Shown here: positions 58,224 to 64,000 of the stretch, piece by piece
Layout of the letters: every line of letters begins with the position of its first letter
Numbering within the stretch: the first letter of the stretch is position 1
Assembly (NCBI GenBank): GCA_003153015.1
Contig: PMBS01000254.1
Coordinates: 9,568-73,567 of the forward strand
Direction: 5' to 3'
DNA length: 64,000 nucleotides
Source of the DNA: Myxococcales bacterium
GTDB lineage: Bacteria; Myxococcota_A; Polyangia; Fen-1088
Program-made: the position numbers and the translations under genes
Notes under the pieces: generated by a model
Told to the model about the DNA's origin: nothing
The model's database searches: none
Seen by the model: the letters and a program-made list of their open reading frames with translations, nothing else

Positions 58224-58267
58224 GCGGCCCTGGCGCCTTCACCGCTGCCAGGGCCGCATTCATTTTT
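58224..58267 (+). terminator. Probable terminator between convergent genes
   Basis: GCGGCCCTGGC...GCCAGGGCCGC 11-bp stem followed by ATTCATTTTT. Confidence 0.65.
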
Positions 58268-58275
58268 GCGGCGCT

Positions 58276-58989
58276 CTACCAGTCGGCCAGAAATCCATCC
58301 AGTCGCGTCCCGTCATATCCGACCAGCAAGCGACCGCGCACGTCGAGGATGGGCACCCGGTCAGCCGGAATTCCGAAACGCGAGGCTTTCTGTTGCAACT
58401 CGCGAGCAGCGGAAGGGTCATTCTCGATGTCTTTGGCGATGAAGGGTATGAGATTGGTGACCAGGTACCGGCGCGCCGCCTCGCAGGCCTCGCACCACGA
58501 CGTGCCGTACAGGATCACGATGGGCGGCTCGCCCGAAGGCCCAGCCCGTTCGGGCTGGGCGGGCAAAGGCGGGCGGTGCGGACCCGCAAGCCGGCAGGAA
58601 TCGCCGGATGGCAACTGGGCCAGCGCGCCGGTCTCGAATGCCTCGCGCAACATCACCCGCGGCTGTGTCTTTCCCTTGGCGAGCAATTCGCGCAGGTCGA
58701 TGACCTCGACATTGGAATTGTTCCGTCGCTGGGCCTCGCCTTTGGCCCGGCCCATGATCCGCACCAGTCGCCGGACCGCTTCGGGCACCTTCTCGGCGCT
58801 GTCGGTCGTGGCGAACATTCCGCTCGGTTCGACGTAGGTAAAGAACAGCGGCGAATCCCTGCTTACCTCGCGCGGTGGCAGCTCGGCCCGGGCCGCGGGC
58901 GGCGGCGGCGCGCCTTTCTTGCAAGCGCTTACGAGAACGAAGAACGCAAAGACCGTGTGGGCTCGAGAGCCCGGCCGATGGAACCACAT
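58276..58989 (-). CDS. Lipoprotein with C-terminal glutaredoxin (NrdH-like) domain
   Basis: VSAC lipobox; VILYGTSWCEAC, KDIE, VPILDVRGRLLVGY. Confidence 0.85.
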   Translation of the reverse strand: MWFHRPGSRAHTVFAFFVLVSACKKGAPPPPAARAELPPREVSRDSPLFFTYVEPSGMFATTDSAEKVPEAVRRLVRIMGRAKGEAQRRNNSNVEVIDLRELLAKGKTQPRVMLREAFETGALAQLPSGDSCRLAGPHRPPLPAQPERAGPSGEPPIVILYGTSWCEACEAARRYLVTNLIPFIAKDIENDPSAARELQQKASRFGIPADRVPILDVRGRLLVGYDGTRLDGFLADW

Positions 58990-59093
58990 ACGCAGGAGTC
59001 TACCCGCGGTCGCGATAGTGCGCCGTCCGCTCGATGCAGGTAGGAGGTTCAAGTCGCTTTTCGTTCCGGCGAGGGTTCGCCCATTTGTCCGAC

Positions 59094-59213
59094 ATGGAAT
59101 ATGTCGACTACGTCCTCATTGTCCCGCTCGGCACCTACGGCGTGGATCCCGACACCAACACCGTGTGGGCCGTTTTGAATCACGCGGGTAGCCTCGCGGC
59201 CACCCGATTCTAG
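59094..59213 (+). pseudogene. Orphan 3' tail of a paralog of the metallophosphoesterase gene
   Basis: 59127-59213 encodes LGTYGVDPDTNTVWAVLNHAGSLAATRF*, 24/28 identical to 58106-58192; in-frame ATG at 59094. Confidence 0.8.
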
Positions 59214-59222
59214 TCAGCACTG

Positions 59223-59363
59223 TAGTCGCGTGGGGAGCCCGCCGGCTTTGCCGGCGGCGCACCATCGCGCGAAGCCGAGCGAAGCGAGCGGGGAGGAGGT
59301 GGCAGGTGGGGCGCCGGGGGGCCGGAGGGTATGGGAGCCCTCTCAGGGTTCCCATATCAGTAG
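59223..59363. repeat. REP-like palindromic element, copy 3
   Basis: TAGTCGCGTGGGGAGCC-CGCCGGC-TTT-GCCGGCG-GCGCACCATCGC and ATGGGAGCCC-TCTCA-GGGTTCCCAT. Confidence 0.8.
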
Positions 59364-59400
59364 ACAAAGCCTCGGACCACCGGGTCCGGGGCTTTGTTTT
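59364..59400 (+). terminator. Rho-independent terminator-like hairpin
   Basis: ACAAAGCCTCGGACC / GGTCCGGGGCTTTGT followed by TTT. Confidence 0.75.
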
Positions 59401-59441
59401 GGGTGCAGGATGTCGTCGGTTCAGATCCGGCCGCCCCGACA
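59397..59441 (+). pseudogene. 3' half of a tRNA-Pro(TGG)-like gene (fragment)
   Basis: TTTGGGT anticodon loop, GTCGGTTCAGATCCGGC T-arm, CGCCCCGAC acceptor strand; no D-arm or 5' acceptor strand. Confidence 0.7.
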
Positions 59442-59725
59442 GCGTCGCAGCCTGCACCCTCGCAGCCCGTAGCAGGCTCGGCGAAGCCAGCGACACCACC
59501 AGCAAGCGCGTCCGGACAGCGACCCGTCGGTGATGGTTCTGGTCTCGGTCAGGTGGCTGGCCGCACATGCTGGGTGATCAAGACCCGTTGAGGCCCGTTG
59601 AGGGGCGCGGTTGCCTGTCGCCTGAACGTCTGTATCATCCCGTCATGGTTTCACAGCAACCGCCAGTAGTGGCGCGCTCTGCGATACGGAGCGGGCGCAG
59701 AATGGTCGACGGGACCCTCTAAGAG

Positions 59726-60544
59726 GTGATCGGTGTGAAGATTTCGCTCAAGCTGACCCTGTTCCTGGCTGGCGTCGTCGCGCTTTTCGTAGGACTGGCT
59801 GACGCTTTGATCGGGCAGACCCGGGCCTTGGTTGCCAGCTACGATGAACTGTTGAAGACCTCCGTCAAGCAGGCTGACTTGGCTCGCGTCACGCAGGTCG
59901 ACTTCAAGAAGCAGGTGCAAGAGTGGAAGGACATCCTGTTGCGCGGCCACAATCCGCAAGACCTGGCGAAGTACAGCAGGCAATTCCACGAAGCCGAGGC
60001 GAGGGTTCATGAGAATTCCGTCGCACTCAGCAAACAGCTCAAAGACCCGGCGGCAAGTCAGCTTCTTGCCGAATTCGTCGTCCAGCACGACGCTCTCGGC
60101 AAGAAGTACCAGGAGGCGTACGACACGTATGTCGGAAGCGGCTTCGATTTCAAAGCGGCAGACAAGATGGTACGTGGCATGGATCGACAGCCGACCAACC
60201 TGTTCGACCAGGTCGTGGCGCGGCTGGCAGCGCAAACCGAGCGGTCGGTGAAGGCACAGCAGGCGGTCGCGGCGCACAAGCAGATCCTCGCCCTTGCGAT
60301 TGCAGGAGGCTCCTTGCTGCTCCTCACCGTCGCCGGCCTGCTCGTGGTCCACAACGTGACGTCGCGGCTTGGTTGTCTCAAGGTGATATCGGACAAGTTG
60401 GCGAAAGGTAAAATTGCTGGCTTGGCCATCGAGATCGCCGGCAACGACGAGGTTGGTGAATTCGGCCAAAGCCTCAAGGGCGTCCAGGCCGAAATCGAGG
60501 AGCTAGCGACGGCGAAGACAGGCCAATCGACGATACTGTCCTAG
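59726..60544 (+). CDS. Membrane sensor fragment: TM, helical periplasmic domain, TM, HAMP, no output domain
   Basis: FKKQVQEWKDILLRG periplasmic motif; HAMP-like LAKG...GNDEVGEFGQSL; stops shortly after. Confidence 0.75.
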   Translation: MIGVKISLKLTLFLAGVVALFVGLADALIGQTRALVASYDELLKTSVKQADLARVTQVDFKKQVQEWKDILLRGHNPQDLAKYSRQFHEAEARVHENSVALSKQLKDPAASQLLAEFVVQHDALGKKYQEAYDTYVGSGFDFKAADKMVRGMDRQPTNLFDQVVARLAAQTERSVKAQQAVAAHKQILALAIAGGSLLLLTVAGLLVVHNVTSRLGCLKVISDKLAKGKIAGLAIEIAGNDEVGEFGQSLKGVQAEIEELATAKTGQSTILS

Positions 60545-60568
60545 CGCATAGGTGTGGAAGATCACGCC

Positions 60569-61108
60569 ATGAACGGATCAAGGGCATACTTCGCAATGGG
60601 CTTGGTGGTGCAAGCCGCGGCCTGCGCTGCCGTCCAGGCGCCGGTCGCGAGACCACCACGCTGCACCGAAAAGCCCACTGCTGAAACGCCTTCCCGTATC
60701 GACTCCACCTCAGGAGAGAACGGAGAGGCGGTTCTCAATGCAAAGCGATGGAAGTTCGCCATTTTCTTCAATCGGGTGAAAACGAAGGTGAAAGCGCACT
60801 GGAAGCCAGTCGAGGAGTACCGGCGCCGCGATCCCGATGGCACACTCTACGGTTACCAGGACCGGACCACTCTCTTGCACGTGTGCCTGCGGGCCGACGG
60901 TTCGCTGGATCAGATCACAATCGAACGCTCGTCGGGCCTCGAATTTCTCGACGAACTCGCCGAGGAAACCTTCCAAAAGGCGCAGCCCTTTGGCGAGCCG
61001 CCGTGCCAACTGATTGGGAGCACGGGCCTGGTTCAATTCCAGTTCGGGTTCCACTTGGAGGTGGCGCAGCCCGCGGTGAAAGTCCCCGAGTCCGCCCCTG
61101 CACCTTAG
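60569..61108 (+). CDS. TonB C-terminal-domain protein (no long linker), possible lipoprotein
   Basis: FFNRVKTKVKAHW, RRRDPDG, DGSL...RSSGLEFLDELA, AQPFGEPP. Confidence 0.75.
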   Translation: MNGSRAYFAMGLVVQAAACAAVQAPVARPPRCTEKPTAETPSRIDSTSGENGEAVLNAKRWKFAIFFNRVKTKVKAHWKPVEEYRRRDPDGTLYGYQDRTTLLHVCLRADGSLDQITIERSSGLEFLDELAEETFQKAQPFGEPPCQLIGSTGLVQFQFGFHLEVAQPAVKVPESAPAP

Positions 61109-61140
61109 TCTGCGTGTCGACGGCATCCAGCGCGTCAGCA

Positions 61141-61174
61141 AGGATGTCGTCGGTTCAAGTTCGGTCCCTCGGGC
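61141..61174 (+). repeat. Second, degenerate copy of the tRNA-Pro-derived sequence
   Basis: AGGATGTCGTCGGTTCA identical at 59407-59423 and 61141-61157. Confidence 0.7.
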
Positions 61175-61643
61175 TAAGGATCGAGCGCAGGGTACTGACC
61201 GTTTTGAGATTGAGATTGGACCAGCGGTCGACGGGCAAGATGCATTCCGCGAGCGCGGTTGTCGCGAGCTCGACGCGCTCACCCGTCAAGGTCGAGACCA
61301 AGTTCTCGAGGCCGGGATTGTGCCCCACTACCATCACCCGCTCGGACGACCTTGCGTGCGAGCGAATCTCGCGAAGGATCGCGGCCGGCTCGGCGAGATA
61401 GAGCGCATCCAGAAAATCGACGGGCGCGTCGAGCTTTGCGCCTTGGGCGAAGAGCTTGATCGTTTCTCGCGCGCGCGTCGCGGTCGAGCAGAGCACGCGC
61501 TCGGGGAGCAGATTCTTTTCGCGGGCGAGTTCGCCCATGCGGCGAGCGTCCTTTCGGCCGCGCGAGGTGAGCCTGCGCTGCTCGTCCGGGACGGGCTCGT
61601 CGTGGCCAGACTTCGAGTGCCGGAGAACAAAGAGCGTTCGCAC
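61155..61643 (-). CDS. sixA: SixA-like histidine phosphatase
   Basis: LFVLRHSKS, RRLTSRG, CSTATRARET, LYLA, VVGHNPGL. Confidence 0.88.
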   Translation of the reverse strand: MRTLFVLRHSKSGHDEPVPDEQRRLTSRGRKDARRMGELAREKNLLPERVLCSTATRARETIKLFAQGAKLDAPVDFLDALYLAEPAAILREIRSHARSSERVMVVGHNPGLENLVSTLTGERVELATTALAECILPVDRWSNLNLKTVSTLRSILSPRDRT

Positions 61644-61848
61644 GCATCCATGGTCCGCCGGGTCGCCTCCAGATGCAATCCCGAAGGCCGGGAGTCCAGA
61701 TCCGCTCTTGGCGGGCCACCGCGGACGAAGGCGTCGCGGACGCTCATCTGGCCGAGCACAGTCCGCGCATGCGGCGGCACGGGACAGGATCCGTAGCGAG
61801 ATTCAAGTCTTGCGCCAACTCCACGACGCAGGCCGGGATCCTTTGATT

Positions 61849-61865
61849 TGTAACGTAACTGGCAC
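61849..61865 (+). promoter_or_regulatory. Pho-box-like repeat upstream of pstS
   Basis: TGTAAC 61849, TGGCAC 61860. Confidence 0.65.
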
Positions 61866-61954
61866 ATCCGCTTGAACCTCGAAGACCCAGACTGCTGAGC
61901 GGAAGGTGGGACGTCTCCCGCCTCGTATTTCAAGACGCACGAAAGGGTAGCCGC

Positions 61955-63022
61955 ATGATCAAGCTAGAATCCATAGGACTGCTCGCCGCCGCCTTCGGCT
62001 TGACACTGCTGAGTGGAGGAGCGCTTGCGGGCGAAGCGAGCACCATCTCTGGTGCCGGAGCGACGTTCCCCTACCCGGTCTACTCGAAGTGGGCCGACAC
62101 ATACGCGAAAGAGACGCACATCAAGTTGAACTACCAGGCCATCGGATCGGGCGGCGGTATCAAACAGATCACCGAAGGGACGGTTGATTTCGGTGCTTCC
62201 GATGCGCCGCTGACACCCGAGGATTTGGACAAGGCCGGCCTGATCCAGTTTCCGGTGGTCATGGGTGGGGTGGTTCCGGTGATCAATGTCGCCGGCATCA
62301 AAGCGGGCGAATTGAAGCTGGCGCCGGATGTGCTGGCGGACATTTTCCTGGGCAAGATCAAGAAGTGGAATGACCCACGGCTGGTGCAGAGCAACCCTGG
62401 TCTCAAGCTGCCCGACACGGCGGTGACCGTGGTGCACCGGTCGGACGGCTCCGGTACGACCTGGATCTTCACGAACTATCTGGCCAAGGTCAGCCCCGAA
62501 TGGTCCAAGGCGGTCGGCAGCGACAAATCGGTTGCCTGGCCGACTGGTGTAGGGGGCAAGGGAAACCAGGGCGTAGCCTCATATGTTCAGCGCATCAACG
62601 GCGCCATTGGCTATGTCGAATCGGCCTATGCCATCCAGAATCACATGGCCCACGCCAAGCTCAGGAACCACGACGGCAGGTTCGTCGATCCCACGGATGA
62701 CAGTGTGCAGGCCGCTGCCAAGGGCGCTGACTGGACACACGCTCGCAGCTTCTACATGGTTCTCACCGATCAGGCGGGCGCTGCCTCGTGGCCCATCACG
62801 GGCGCCTCCTTTGTTCTGGTTCACCGCCAACAGAAGGACGCTGATACCGGTCGGGCGGTGCTGCGCTTCTTCGATTGGGGCTACCGCAACGGCGGCGCGG
62901 CGGCAAAGGAGCTCGGCTACATCCCGATGCCGGCGAGCGTGGTGGACCTGGTCGAGAAGACCTGGGAAAAGGATCTGAAGGACGCCGGCGGCCAGAAGCT
63001 CTGGCCGGCCAGCAAGAAGTAG
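61955..63022 (+). CDS. pstS: Phosphate ABC transporter substrate-binding protein
   Basis: [52 protein letters not shown]. Confidence 0.97.
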   Translation: MIKLESIGLLAAAFGLTLLSGGALAGEASTISGAGATFPYPVYSKWADTYAKETHIKLNYQAIGSGGGIKQITEGTVDFGASDAPLTPEDLDKAGLIQFPVVMGGVVPVINVAGIKAGELKLAPDVLADIFLGKIKKWNDPRLVQSNPGLKLPDTAVTVVHRSDGSGTTWIFTNYLAKVSPEWSKAVGSDKSVAWPTGVGGKGNQGVASYVQRINGAIGYVESAYAIQNHMAHAKLRNHDGRFVDPTDDSVQAAAKGADWTHARSFYMVLTDQAGAASWPITGASFVLVHRQQKDADTGRAVLRFFDWGYRNGGAAAKELGYIPMPASVVDLVEKTWEKDLKDAGGQKLWPASKK

Positions 63023-63057
63023 GGCAGACGTCCCCAAGCGAATCGGCTAGTGGCATC

Positions 63058-64000
63058 GTGAGCTCGGTCGGCGCAGCGACGCAGGAAAGCCAGAGCGAGC
63101 CTCCCGAATCGGTCGGCCCATTGGCCGCGGGAGTTCGCTTGCGCTCGCCTGCCGATCGGTTCTTTCGCGGACTGACCGGATTCTTCGCGCTGCTGGTCTT
63201 GCTTTCCGTCTTTGGGATGCTGGTCACCCTTCTCGTAGGATCGTGGCCAGCCCTGAGGACCTTCGGACCGAAGTTCCTTGCCAGCAAGGAATGGAACCCG
63301 GTCACCGGCCAGTTTGGGGCACTGGCCCCGCTGTACGGCACCGTGATCACCTCGCTGATCGCGCTGCTGGTGGGCGTTCCGGTCAGCTTCGGGATTGCCC
63401 TGGTGATCACTGAACTCGCACCGCGCTGGCTGAAGCGGCCCATCGGTGTAGCCATCGAGCTTCTGGCAGCCATTCCCAGCATCATCTACGGCATGTGGGG
63501 CCTGTTCGTGTTCGCGCCGGCGTTTGCGGCACACCTGCAACCTTGGCTGACAGAACACATCGGGTCGTGGCCGATCCTGGGTCTGCTTTTCGAAGGCCCG
63601 CCCATGGGGATTGGCATGCTCACCGCCGGGCTCATTTTGGCCATCATGATTATTCCCTTCATGGCGGCGGTGATGCGTGACGTGTTCGAGACCGTGCCCG
63701 CGTCTTTGCGCGAATCCGCCTATGCACTTGGCTGCACGACCTGGGAGGTCGTGTGGCGCGTGATCTTGCCCTACACCCGCGTGGGGGTCATTGGCGGCAT
63801 CATGTTGGGCCTAGGCCGGGCCCTGGGCGAGACCATGGCCGTCACGTTCGTCATCGGTAACGCCCACGACATTCACCTGTCGCTCTTCATGCCAGGCAAC
63901 ACCATATCGTCGACCTTGGCCAATGAGTTCACTGAGGCAGTCACGCCACTTTACACATCGTCGCTGCTCGCGTTGGGGCTTGTGCTCTTTGTGCTGACCC
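63058..64000 (+). CDS. pstC: Phosphate ABC transporter permease (runs off the window end; absent from the ORF track)
   Basis: Manual translation: [50 protein letters not shown]. Confidence 0.95.
   Translation, partial: MSSVGAATQESQSEPPESVGPLAAGVRLRSPADRFFRGLTGFFALLVLLSVFGMLVTLLVGSWPALRTFGPKFLASKEWNPVTGQFGALAPLYGTVITSLIALLVGVPVSFGIALVITELAPRWLKRPIGVAIELLAAIPSIIYGMWGLFVFAPAFAAHLQPWLTEHIGSWPILGLLFEGPPMGIGMLTAGLILAIMIIPFMAAVMRDVFETVPASLRESAYALGCTTWEVVWRVILPYTRVGVIGGIMLGLGRALGETMAVTFVIGNAHDIHLSLFMPGNTISSTLANEFTEAVTPLYTSSLLALGLVLFVLT

Noticed and set aside
58106..59213. Target-site duplication around the glutaredoxin gene
   Set aside because: The copies differ mainly at synonymous positions, which fits a paralog remnant; no transposase or terminal repeats
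59341..59445. Intact tRNA-Pro gene
   Set aside because: No 5' acceptor strand or D-arm; the upstream sequence is a terminator-like hairpin; no CCA

Overview
High-GC bacterial chromosomal window, most likely Myxococcota/Polyangia-like (inferred from a MYXO-CTERM-like tail, Asp-Ala-Gly-linker lipoproteins, CDDGNxCT repeats and TonB-C-fused receptors). The left end is a purine/tRNA-modification operon (purH-purD-purE-tsaC). From about 4.6 kb to the right edge lies a roughly 60-kb phosphate-starvation super-locus: phoU, three PhoB-like regulators (no sensor kinase in the window), a PafA-type alkaline phosphatase, ppx, ppk1, a surface metallophosphoesterase, sixA and pstS-pstC. Most transcription units are preceded by Pho-box-like hexamers (TGTCAC/TGTAAC variants) spaced 11 bp apart. 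The most unusual content is a duplicated, divergently oriented outer-membrane cassette with the order Cys-rich PstS-like binding protein > small lipoprotein > OprO/P-like porin > YfaP/DUF2135-like lipoprotein > (ExbB-ExbD-TonB in one copy only) > TonB-C-fused TonB-dependent receptor > Cys-rich lipoprotein. The two copies enclose about 20 kb of modular surface lipoproteins (Ig/PKD-like, Cys-rich, beta-propeller, RCC1), a third PstS-like protein and a TMTC-like glycosyltransferase. Also present are REP-like hairpin repeats, tRNA-derived scars, split gene remnants and a tetranucleotide repeat tract. All calls rest on motif recognition by eye; no database searches were run.
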